A stretch of 64,000 nt of DNA from Eledone cirrhosa (taxonomy: Eukaryota). Location of the stretch: contig OZ024740.1 of assembly GCA_964016885.1 (NCBI GenBank), forward strand, positions 165,416,001 to 165,480,000, given 5' to 3'. The notes under the pieces are model-generated. The model was given only the letters and a program-made list of their open reading frames with translations, was not told where the DNA came from and ran no database searches. The position numbers were made by a program, and so were the translations under genes. Positions 49,471-61,317 of this stretch are shown piece after piece (the stretch's first letter is position 1; each line of letters begins with the position of its first letter).

Positions 49471-51338
49471 TGCATTTATCTTGCTTTATGTTTATACGAG
49501 TTATCACCAAGTCACAACCAGTGACCTCAAGAGACAACAAGGTCCGCCATGTTCAAGAAAGAACATACATATTCACACATGCATCCTTAGTGTTTAGACT
49601 TGTGATGTACTTATATTGACAGGATCTTCCTTAGTATATGGGCAGTTCCCATTAGTACTATCTTTTGTATTTCTCCTATACGCGGGTTTCCTGGGATTTG
49701 CGATAAGTAGTCGTTAGACCCCTTAGGTATCATTCCCAGAGCGCCTACAACCACTGGTATTGTTTTAGTTCTCAATTTCCACATTTTTCCAATTTCTATC
49801 TCCAGGTCCTTATACTTGCTCAATTTTTCAAATGTTTTTATAGATACATTCTTGTCTATTGGAACAGACATATCAATTAGCAGGCATACCCTCCTTTGAA
49901 AGTCCTTCAATATTATATCAGGTCTATTTGCATCTATTTTTCGGTCTGTTTGGATGCTAAAGTTCCACAAGATTGAGATGTGATCTTTTTCAAGTATGGG
50001 AGGTGGTTGATGCTCCCACCAATTCTTTTGATGGGGCAAGTCAAAATGCTTACACATTATCCAATGTATGTATTGTGCAGCTCTGTCATGCCTGTTTAGG
50101 TATTCGGTTGGAGCTATAGGACTGCACATTGAAATTATATGGTCAATGGTCTCTGGTTGTTTTTTGCATACACGGCATAATGGGCTGCACCCATTTTTTA
50201 TTATGTTGGCTTGGTAATTTTTTGTTGGCAGACACTGATCTTGTGCCGATATAATCAGTCCTTCAGTCTCCGATTTCAGTCCAGAGGATGCCAACCACTG
50301 ATGGGTTAAAGTTTTGTCAACATCAGGATTGTTAGCTCGCTCTGGGTATTTTCCATACAGAGGCTTTCTTGCCATTTCTTAGCCAGTTTCTGTAGCAGTT
50401 CTTTCTTTGCAGTTACTTTTACCTGCTTTGCTTTTTCTGTGTTTTCCATTTCAGCAGTAAATGGGACTTCTGAAATTTGTAGTCCATTACTGTATCTTTG
50501 TGCATCTTTTGTAATGGAATATGATCTTTTGGTGCTTTCGTGTTTCAAAACGAGTTTGATCATCCAATCATGTGATTCCCTTAGATATGTGGATAATCCA
50601 ATTGTTGCAGTTTTCAACGCAATGTCTAACTGGATTAACCCACGTCCTCCTTCTTTCCTAGGGAGATATATTCTATCTATGTCTGCCTTAGGGTGATGCA
50701 TTCTGTGCATGGTTAAGAATTTTCGGATTTTTGTATCGAGCCTACGGATCTCTGTGCTTGACCAGTTGATGACATTGTAACTGTAGGTTACTACTGGTAT
50801 GGCAAGCGTGTTTATGGCATCGATCCTATTCCTTGCATTCAATTCCGTTCTTAAGATTGCTCTGACTCTGCGGTAACATTCCTTCCTTATCCTTTCCCTC
50901 ATTGTCGAGTGCTTGATTCCGTCTCCTTCACAAACACCTAGATATTTGTAAGTTTGTTCTTGATCAAGCTCTCTTATCACGTTCCCCCGATCAAGATTAA
51001 TGTCTGAACTCTTCAGCAGCTTTCCTCTGGTGAACGTTGCTTTGGCGCATTTATCCAGTCTAAACTCCATTTTAATGTCATCACTGAACTGCTTCACAGT
51101 GGATAATAGCCCTTGCAATTGTTCATCATTTTTTGCAAATAGTTTCAGGTCATCCATGTAGAACAGGTGATTAATGGTTTTGTCATAGACTCTATATCCA
51201 TGTTTTGTTTCATTGAGCATTTTACTTAATGGTATAAGTGCGATGCAGAATAAAAGCGGTGATAAAGAGTCACCCTGAAAAATTCCACAATTAATGTTAA
51301 CTTCTCCAGCTTCCAGTGATTTTGTTTCACTATTCAAT
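49471..51338 (-). mobile_element. Second, distinct R4/Dong-like family (family B), 5'-truncated, one frameshift
   Basis: GIFQGDSLSPLLF, LFYMDDLKL, CRVC..ETIDHIISMC, RHD and RPDIIL..LIDMSVP. One-base frameshift near 50365. Different 3' UTR. (TTA)n on both sides. Confidence 0.93.
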
Positions 51339-51375
51339 TATTATTATTATTATTATTATTATTGTTATTGTTATT

Positions 51376-54300
51376 CCTTGAATCTCAGTCATTGATGTTG
51401 GTTAACTGGAAAGTCCGTTGGATTGAATATCAAGCCACTACCTGCAGCCTCAGATATTCAGGACGTATCGGAGGGTTCTTGCTGTTCCAAGCAAGCATGC
51501 CTTTTGAAGCGTTCCAAAAAGCGTGAAGGGGCCGATTTTCTTTAACCATCCCTGGAAACTTTTGGAGATAGTCCCCAGTGCGCCTATGACAATCGGGATC
51601 ACTTTGACTTCATGGCAGTTCCAAATCCTTTTCACCTCCCACTTTAGGTCCTGGTATCGGTTAATTTTCTCCCTCTCCTTCTCTTGCACTCTCGTGTCGA
51701 ACGGGCAGGCCACATCCACAATCAGGCACGATCTTTTTTCTTTGTCCACAACCACCAGGTCAGGTCTATTGTGTTCCAGTTTTTTGTCCGTCTGTATCCT
51801 AAAATCCCACAGCACCTTCACCTGATTGTTCTCCATCACCGCCTCTGGCCTATGCTCATACCATTTCTCAGAATGTGGTAGATTGTTTACTTTGCACAGG
51901 TGCCAGTGGATCACCCTGCCCATCACATCGTGTCTCCAGCCCTTATAGTGGGTCTGGGCTAGGTGTTTACACTCGGACACAATGTGAGCCACAGTCCCCT
52001 CTCTCTCTCCACAGATCCTGCACAGTGGGCTAGCCTCCTCCTTGTAGATATGGTGCTTCAACCACTTCGTTTTGAGGGCCTGCTCCTGCGCAGCCATTAG
52101 CATTCCTTCTGTAGCCTTTTTGAGGTCTCCTCTTCTCAACCAGTTCCATGTCTGTGGATTTCTAAATTCAGTTTTCTCAAAGAAGGTACTATGAAGGGGT
52201 TTTCCCTTAAGGCTGCTCTTCCTCCTTGATGTTATTTCCTCCCTGGACATCCCCTGGCCTACTGTCCCCTCCTTCAGTACAGTTCTGAGCATTGGCTCCT
52301 TACTATAGGTCACGTATTTGTATAGGTTGTTTTTCTCCATCTGAACACAGTCCTCTATGCTGATAAGACCTCTTCCACCCTCAGATCTCCTTAGGTAGAG
52401 TCTATCGACATCACTCCTCTTGTGGAACATGTTGTAGATAGTCAATAGCTTCCTAGTCTTCCTATTCATTTCTTTCTGTTCAGCAACATTCCATCTCAGA
52501 ATTCCCGCACTGTACCTAATAATAGACACAGCTCGGGAATTTACTGCGCTTATGGCATTTCTGATGTTCAGATGTGACTTCAATACGCTCCTTACTCTCC
52601 GAATGTATTCAGTTCTTAACAATTCCTTCATTTTTTTGTTCTTTATGCCATCAGCCTCCAGAACGCCCAAATACTTGTATCCTTCCTCAGAGTCAATTTC
52701 CTTTATCATCTCACCTGTTGGTATCTGGATCCCGTTACTTCTGCTCAACCTACCCCTCTTCATCACAATGACTCCACATTTACCAATACCAAACTGCATA
52801 CATATATCACTGCTGAAAATACGGACAGTGTCAACAAGCACATCCAACTCCTTCTCACTTTTCCCGAAGAGCTTAAGATCGTCCATGAAGAGGAGGTGAT
52901 TGATGGTAAGCTCTCCCCTTCCCAACTTGTATCCTGCTCTCACTTTTCGCAGCATAATGGTCAAGGGCATCAGGGCAAGGACAAACAACAGAGGGGACAG
53001 GCTATCTCCCTGGAAGATACCTCTCTTGATCTTCACGCTTCCAAAGGATACTCCAGTTGATGTCAACTCTGTCTCCCAGGACCCCATACTCCTGCCTAGC
53101 AACTGTCTGATGTTATCCGCCACCCTGAAGATCTCCAGGCTTTTGGTGATCCAGGAATGAGGCACCATGTCAAATGCCTTTCTGTAGTCTATCCATCCCA
53201 TGGCAAGATCAGTGTGTCTCCTCCTGCAATTCCCCATTACCATCTTATCAATAAGCAACTGGTCCTTTGTACCACGTGACTTCTTTCGGCATCCTTTCTG
53301 TTCGTCCGGTAACAAGTTGTTTGTGTGGAGGTGATGGCAGATTTCCTCAGACACAATGCTCGTCAACAGTTTCCACATTACGGGCAGACATGTGATAGGT
53401 CTATAGTTGGTAGCATCATTACCCTTGATTCGGTCTTTCATTATCAGAACTGTGGTACCTTTTGTCAACCACTCTGGCACCTCACCCGACACCAAGCAGT
53501 CATTGAACATGGCCGTCAGCTTCGGGTGGAGGGATGTTAGATGTTTAATCCAATACCCCTGCACACCATCTGGGCCTGGTGATTTCCAGTTGGTTAGTTT
53601 TGGCAAACGTAGTAATATTTACAATGGTGGTGTTGGTGTGAGGTGTTAGTTTGTGAGGAAGGCTCTCAGCTGCTTGGTGTAGCTGTGAGTCGTCCATGAT
53701 ATTTTCAAAGAAATTTTTGTTTGATAAGTGGGTAGCGGGCCCGGACTCGGGGCGCTCTTAGGTGCCCTCCGTGCCGGCGATTGGAGCCTTGAGGCTGGGA
53801 CACACCTCGGCCCCGCTTCAACTGTGATACTCAAATCAGTCTGTTGCTGTGCCTGCTCACCGATCTCCCTCTGTACTGTCTCAATCCAGCCTGCCTGGGC
53901 ATTGTGTCTAACATCCTGCTCCCATATTCCTCTCCAGAATGTTTTAGTTTGCTCCGCCCCAGGGATCAAGTCGTTGCCTCTTTCTTTGCCCTCAAGCTGT
54001 CCAAACAGCATCTTCTGGTTGTTGTCGAACATGCGGTTCTGTTTATACTGACTGACTCTGTTCTCGTATCGCCTGATTTTGGCACTCTTTGCTACAATGC
54101 GTTGCTTCAATTCCTCTATGATAATATTTAGCTTTTTACTCCTAGTTTTGTATTTTATTTCCAGTCTATTTTTAGTGCCTATGTTTTTTAGTGTCCCATT
54201 CAGTAGTGACTCAAGCTTTCCTATGTCATTTCTCATTTCCCCGATTTGCCCACTCAGTCGCTTCTTCCACCACGGCTCTGCTCTTTCTTGTCTGTTGTTT

Positions 54301-55494
54301 CCTCTCGCTTTTATACCAAGTAGTTTCCTCACCGTATTTGCTGTTGCTCTGAGGATATTGTTGCACTGGTGAAGGCTCCTCGCCTCAAGGTATGGGATGA
54401 CTTTGTTTACCTTAGCTGTTGTTTCTTTTAACTTTTTCCTGTCTACAAATCTTAGGTTCATAGGTCTCCCACTATCATTGTTCAATTCATCTACCACTAA
54501 ATTTAGGATGTCAACCGAATCTTGTCCTAGCCCGTCAGCATTCATCTCCTCAGTGGCCGTATCTCTGTTCCAGGTATTATTTATCTCAGTACTCAGATCA
54601 TTGTCTGCTTCGGGTGGTTCCTCCGTTCTCAGGACCTCCTCACCTTCATTTCCCACCGGCTCGCTTGTCTGGCATACTACACCCGCCATCTCCAAGCCAT
54701 TCTCTCTGCTCAGTTCCTCCAGTTCCAGCTCGCTTATCCACCCATTAGTTCTTATTACCCGAGCCTGCCCGGCCAATTTTTGTTCATCTAATTTAAATAA
54801 ACCAATCTCGTTCCAGATGTTATGCATCCGTCTCCTGTAGCCCCTCTCCTTGGGGTTACTTTTCAGGTAGCATTGCATAACAGTTCTATTCAATTCTTTC
54901 GTCCAGTTGGTTCTGGCCCCTTTCCTTCTTCTCCTTCCTCCAACATCAGCAGTATTTGGTTGACAGTCAGGTTCCTGCTGCTGAGCCAGGGGGCACCTGT
55001 TGGGTGAGAGTCTGTCACATGACGTTCTAGTCTCCATTTCACCGTTATTCGAACTGTTTATGTTCGATATTTAAACACTCTTATCGAGGATTGGCGAATG
55101 TATGTTTACATAGCCATCTGTGGATCCGCCATCCCACTTGGCCCTTGTGTGGCATTATCACCACGCTGTATACGAACACACATAAACAAACAAACACACA
55201 GGCAGAAAGGGCCCCAAAAATGAATAAGCATAAGTTTCATTGTAATGTAGTGTTCGAATGTCTGACTTAGTTTTAGTTTTTTAAGTTTTACTTTTTCCCC
55301 CCTCTTCTATGTCCGTCCGCCTGCTTCTCTCTTCATTCTTATTTTCTTTACGTTTTTGGGGTTTCTTTTTTTTGTTTTTGTTTTTCTCTGTTTGTTTTTC
55401 TCGTTTTTTGCTGTTGTTGCTGTGCTGCTTTGGTTTTGTTGTTTGTTTTTTCTTTTTTCTTTTGGGTCTATCTATATATTTTGATGCCTTCCTC

Positions 55495-55495
<1 letters not shown>
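51376..55495 (-). mobile_element. R4/Dong-like copy 5, truncated within the 5' UTR, ORF split by a ~215-bp insertion
   Basis: ORFs 53646-55037 and 51450-53606 match the two halves of the 1130-aa ORF. Foreign sequence lies at 53605-53816. Confidence 0.94.
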
Positions 55496-55550
<55 letters not shown>

Positions 55551-58416
55551 GACGACCTACGTAGGAAATCGTATCACCGCGAGCTCCGCAAAGGTTTGTT
55601 GTTTTCGTTTGTTTAAAATTGCCATTTAGGGAAAAGTTTTGTTGTTAACTGTTTATAAAGTCACAAAGTTTGCTTTCGGAAAACGACACTCAAAAAGATT
55701 GGGGCCTTGAGCCCAAAATTTAAACTTTTATAATTATCAAACAAAAATTTCTTTGAAAATATCATGGACGACTCACAGCTACACCAAGCAGCTGAGAGCC
55801 TTCCTCACAAACTAACACCTCACACCAACACCACCATTGTAAATATTACTACGTTTGCCAACACTAAAAATATAAGCACTAGCAATAATTTAAATTTGTC
55901 TCATGCAGACATTCATTTCCCGCCATTACCAATGATTGCAGGTGTTAAAGCCGCCACCCCCACCGCCACCACAGCGACAACAGAAACAGAAGAAAAAATA
56001 TATTATCTCGTGACATCTAAATGGATTTACCCAGAATGGACACCGAACACCACTGACGCCGCCACCACCACAACTGAAACTAAAAATAACAATAACAAAA
56101 ATAATAATAACATCAACAGCAACAACAACAATGAGAATAACAACATCGTGTCATTTGCCAAAGCAGCCAAAAAATGCGAAACAATCCAGGTAACTCGGGA
56201 GGAATTAGATGAAGCCAAGAGAATGGTAAAGAAAGATGGGTACAGGGTGCTCTCTCCTCCCCACACCAAATAAAATGGAGCATCAGCGCCTATGCACCGT
56301 GCCTTATCGGACGATTAACATAGCATCGCGCCGAGTGGAACGGGCATCCGAGTCCCAAATCCAAAAAACTTTGGGACATGTGTGGGCAAAACAAACCTAC
56401 ATCAGGCGTGAGCAGAAATAGGGAACCGTTGACGTGTTCTTTGGAACACCACAGGAGGCCAGAGAGCACTCCATTAAGAAGCGACGACTTCACACTCGTC
56501 CCAAGCTATTGTGGCCAGAGACTCGTAAAGATCAGGGTGACCCACGTTCCACCGGTTATCGAAATTCCCAGGCTAATGGCTGCCGTCCTCGCCGGCATCG
56601 AGGCCAACACCAAAATAATAGAAATAGCAAAAAAAATGCAGAACTGGTCTGGATCTGGGATGGAGCTCCTGATCCAAGCCCAGCAAAAAAGCATTGAGGA
56701 GATCCCAGAGGTAATAGACCTCACTGACGGCAGCCATCAGCAATCGTCGAGGGTAGAAGGCCAAGGTGTGTCGTTTGTGGTGAAGGAACACACCTAAGGG
56801 CTTTCTGCCCTCAGGCTAACATGTTGAGGCCACCTCTCTTACCCACCCCAGTGACTCAACCATCAACACCACCAGCAGCAGAAATGGCAGCAGCAACACC
56901 ACCATTACCAACACCACTGTGTTTAGCAGAGTTATGGGCCTGAAATTATTTATGTTATCACCCTTGTTCGGATCCTTTCTCAGCAGCGCCACAGCTCCTC
57001 GGCTCACAGAGCTGGAAATTCTACCGTTCTGTTGCCAGTTGCAGTAGACTTCCACCAAGAGGCCTCCGAAATATTTTGGCATCTGTACGCAAAGTTCATA
57101 GGGCAGACCATCCAAACCAGGCGATTTACCCCTTGTGCAGCCAGTCATTGCCTCCCGTACTTCAGCGGCTGTTATCGGCTTTTCGCAAATCTCCGCCTCA
57201 GTGGCCGAGAGAGGCGGCAGTCCGTCGAGGTAGACACTAAAGTCCATCCCTCGATCTGGCCCGCCGCTGCCACCGAACTGCTGTGCGAAGTGTCGCTGAA
57301 AAGCTTCACACATTTGCCGGGATCGAGTAGCATGCGCCCGTCGTGGTCCACCAAAGACCGGATCGTGGCTTTGTTGCCACGACGCGCCTCCGCCACTCGG
57401 GCCCATTGAACGGCTTTGGTCCCCTCGTGTCTGGGATACGCACCCTAGCTCTGACAACGCAGCCTTCGTGCTTTGCATTGAAGAATTGGTCAAGGGCCAA
57501 TTTCGCCGCAAGTACGTCGGTCGCGATGACTTTGCTAAGCGCCTCGTCTAATTTTCTAACTAGTTCTCCCTCTGCTCTATTTTTCTCTATTGCTAAAGCC
57601 TTACTAAACCTAATGGACTCTATTCTAATCGCTCTTTTCAGAGCAAACCACCACTTGTTGTTGACGATGGCCCCCGTCAACGAGCTGCAGTCCTGGGTCA
57701 AGCGAAGACCGAGAGGGAGCGCTTGGAGACTGGAATGTCTTCAGGCGCTCACAACCCTCGACCAATCGGGCAATGTGCTCGGTGGAACCTCCACCTTGGC
57801 GTTCTATAGAGGATTAGTGGAGGGGAAGAGCGACGACGTACTTAGAGAAACTCTAGGCGTCGACGAAAATCAACTAGCCAATCTCTTTGGAAGGACTTTC
57901 GGGCCGGGGCCTATGGACAACTTCCAGAAATCCCTGGCCTGGCAGTGCTACCGGGGAGCTTTGCCAGTTCGGGATAAACTCTACAGGCATGGAGGTGCCG
58001 TCAGCCGGGCATGTCCGAGATGCGCGCAGGGCGACGAAACCGTCCTGCACGCACTCGTCCAGTGTCCGAGCATTGCTGACTTGTGGGTTTATGTCGAACA
58101 ACTGCTTTCACGTGTAGGACGGATCCAGCTATCAGCTGAGTCCATCGTGAGGATTGCCCTGCCCTCCTCCTTTATCCGGGAAGGGCAGGCAGTTTTTATC
58201 TGTCTGGTGGCCATGGCGAAAGAGATAGTATGGTGGACACGTTTGAAAGGGCTGAAGACGAGCACTTACCTCTTCGGTGATACCCTGATTTACTTTTTCA
58301 AATTTCATTTGAAAAGGAAAATCAGGGTAGAAAAGGAAGTGCTCTCTTCCGAGCATTTTGTTGAAAGAGGCAAGAATGGCCCGAGTGAATGACCCTTGTG
58401 GTTAATAAAGAAAGCA
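55551..58416 (+). mobile_element. Tx1/L1-like LINE with internal inversion and deletions
   Basis: Plus strand: 5' UTR and frameshifted ORF1 from 55764 with CCHC knuckle CVVCGEGTHLRAFC (56767-56808). Minus strand 56917-~57680: ORF2 piece GKSPGLDGLPYE..NFRPITLLNT. Plus strand ~57680-58416: CPRCAQGDETVLHALVQC and the 3' end AATAAAGAAAGC. (TTA)n on both sides. Confidence 0.9.
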
Positions 58417-58432
58417 TTATTATCATCATTAC

Positions 58433-58492
<60 letters not shown>

Positions 58493-59008
58493 CCAGCGAT
58501 GGTGATGGTTCAGGTAAGATTTAACCAGCTTGGTCAGAATAAGCCAATTTTGTTTCTGCAATTGATGAGTTGTGTATTTTTAAGATGTCGATATTCGGAA
58601 ACAACCTGGAACTCTTAATTCCTCAAAGATTACTAATTTAATGTTACAGCTCTGTTAAAAAGAAAACACAGTTTTATGCTTATAGAGTTCTTCATTTCCT
58701 TGGACGTCTTCTAAGAAAGCCGAGAAAGCCGCGGAAGACAGTGGAAGGAACAAATTGTGTTCATAGTAAGATATGCCAATTTAATTGACAGATCGAGAAT
58801 GCGGTGAGATTTGACTCAATGCCAAGGAGATTGTGGTTATTTGATTGATCTGGTAGCTAGATTTCCATGACCTTTGATTAGCCAGGTCTGTTTCCCTGAA
58901 CTGGCATGTCCAGCGCTCCGACCAACTGACAGATGTTCGCTATATTGTTAGATCGTACTCATAAAAAAAGGAACTATTTTGTATGTGTATATACGAGCTA
59001 TATATATA

Positions 59009-59070
<62 letters not shown>

Positions 59071-60029
59071 TGCTCGCGCGTGTGTGTGGCTATAAACAAG
59101 AAAGAGAAAGGGGATAATAAAAGGAATCAGATTGACAGAAAAAAATCGTTAGTGGAAGAAAGAGATACATAGAATAGTTTTATTAGAAATGACTTGAGTT
59201 AGAGAATATTTTTCAGTGTGTGTTTAAGAGTTGAGTTTCTGTAAATAATTATTGCTTGGTTATTGTGAATGCATGCGTGTGTTCGTATATTTGGGTTTGT
59301 AAGTGTGAGCGCGTGTGCATCTGTGTATGTCTTCGTTTGAACAACTATTCAAGTACTTTAAGAACAATGTAAGCTACATTTGTAGAGTGGTCAGTATTTA
59401 CGGAAGGATCGCTTTTACGCATCAATCATGTGTAAACTACACTATCTGTATTTCTGTCCTATAATTTGATATATTGTTAAGACTTATATTTCATGGTTCG
59501 TATTCATGAATCTCTTTCAACCATTAGAAACCTAGACTTTTATATAGTGACACCTACAATCAACTTTTATGATCTAGTCTTACGTAATCAGTGTGTAAGA
59601 GTCGAGTCAACGAAAGTGTTTGTACGCAGAGGCCTTACTAAAAAGAAATAGCCGCTAAATGTTTTACAAATTACACCCTAACGACTTAAAGAAGGATACG
59701 ATAGAGAATTGTCAATATAGTTCCTGACATACAAAATATGGTATGGTTACGATTGGAAAGTATTTCATCATGGGAGAAACAATAAGCGTAATTGTAGCAT
59801 ATCCTGTTTTCTCATCGTAAAAAATTGTTAAAGAATCCGAAATATTTATCGTGGGTTAAAACAAACCTGTGACTGATTGCCAGATCTAGCTACTATCAAG
59901 ACTTCTGTTTCTTTCCTGAAGACTCTTATCCTCATCCAACTTGATGAGGTTATCACATCCTTGTTTTAGTCTCTGTTGTTCTTTGTGATGATGTTATTCT
60001 TGTTCATTAACAATACATTCTAAATTAGA

Positions 60030-60225
60030 TACAATGCCAGAAATTCAGGAGAGGGAGATAAGTTGTTTATATCGACACCAGTGCTTGAATAGTATTTTAT
60101 TTTATTGAAATCTGCATGAATGAGGAGTAAAGTTAACCTCAGCGGGATTTGAACTCATTACGTAAATCTTCCAAACAAATGTAGCAAAGCATCTTATCTG
60201 ATTCTTACAATTATACCAACCCACC
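60030..60225 (-). mobile_element. Degenerate tRNA-derived SINE
   Basis: AAAGTTAACCTCAGCGGGATTTGAACTCA block. Confidence 0.6.
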
Positions 60226-60375
60226 GAAAATATTTTTAACCTTTCCTAATAGAAATAAGTTTTAAAAATATCGGAAATAATGTACCTAACACAAGCGACA
60301 AATCATTTGCAATATAATACAAAAACAAAGTTTTTTAGTTAGTATAATCATCTCCATCTCCACAAATGTAATGAT

Positions 60376-60501
60376 GGTTTCTGATTTAGGCACACGGCCA
60401 GCAATTTGGGGAGGGGGAAAGTCGATTAAATCTAACGCAGTGTGTGACTGGTACTTTATTTTATCGACCTCGTAAGAATGAAAAGCAATGCTAACCTCGG
60501 C
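60376..60501 (-). mobile_element. 5'-truncated tRNA-derived SINE
   Basis: GTTTCTGATTTAGGCACACGGCCAGCAAT..GTACTTTATTTTATCGACC..AACCTCGG. Confidence 0.75.
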
Positions 60502-60532
60502 AACAACAACAACAACTACCACAACAAAAACA

Positions 60533-60567
<35 letters not shown>

Positions 60568-61051
60568 GAGGATGTTGATGATAAAAACAGTAAAGTAGAG
60601 GAGGGGGTGGGGTAAATTTAAGCTGGAGTAGGAAAGAAAAAGGAACCTGGAGACAAAGCTAAGTGGAGGAGGAGAGGTATTAGGTTGATTAAGCAAGCAA
60701 TGAACGATTGAACTAAGGTGTCAGATGATTTCAGCATGCTGCATTGCAATTATCACCCAATGAAATTTGACAATAATTGCCATGCAACCCGTTGAAATCA
60801 TTTCTCTCTGTAGGTTCTAAACTAGATTTCAATATATCGACAGCGATAAACTGTCGTCACGAAGTCTGTGCAACAGTTGTAAATTTACCTTAACGGCAGG
60901 AGTTTAGTGTTGTCATATTTTTTCTTTTTTAAATATATGTCTTGTAAGAAGTGTTTGCAAATCATCGTTTGTTCCCTATTTTTCTACCTCCCTTCTCCAG
61001 TTTTTGCCATCTTTCACACTCCCCGTTCTTTTTCCTTACTCAACCTCTACC

Positions 61052-61102
61052 TTTTAACACGAGAGACATTCACAAGCGTAGGTATGCATATATATATATA
61101 TA

Positions 61103-61168
<66 letters not shown>

Positions 61169-61239
61169 GTATATATATATATATATATCAATTATATATA
61201 TATGCATACCTACGTTTGTGAATATCTCCCGTGTTAAAA
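61052..61239. repeat. (TA)n-centred foldback
   Basis: TTTTAACACGAGAGACATTCACAAGCGTAGGTATGCATAT versus ATATGCATACCTACGTTTGTGAATATCTCCCGTGTTAAAA. Confidence 0.85.
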
Positions 61240-61242
61240 TAA

Positions 61243-61314
<72 letters not shown>

Positions 61315-61317
<3 letters not shown>

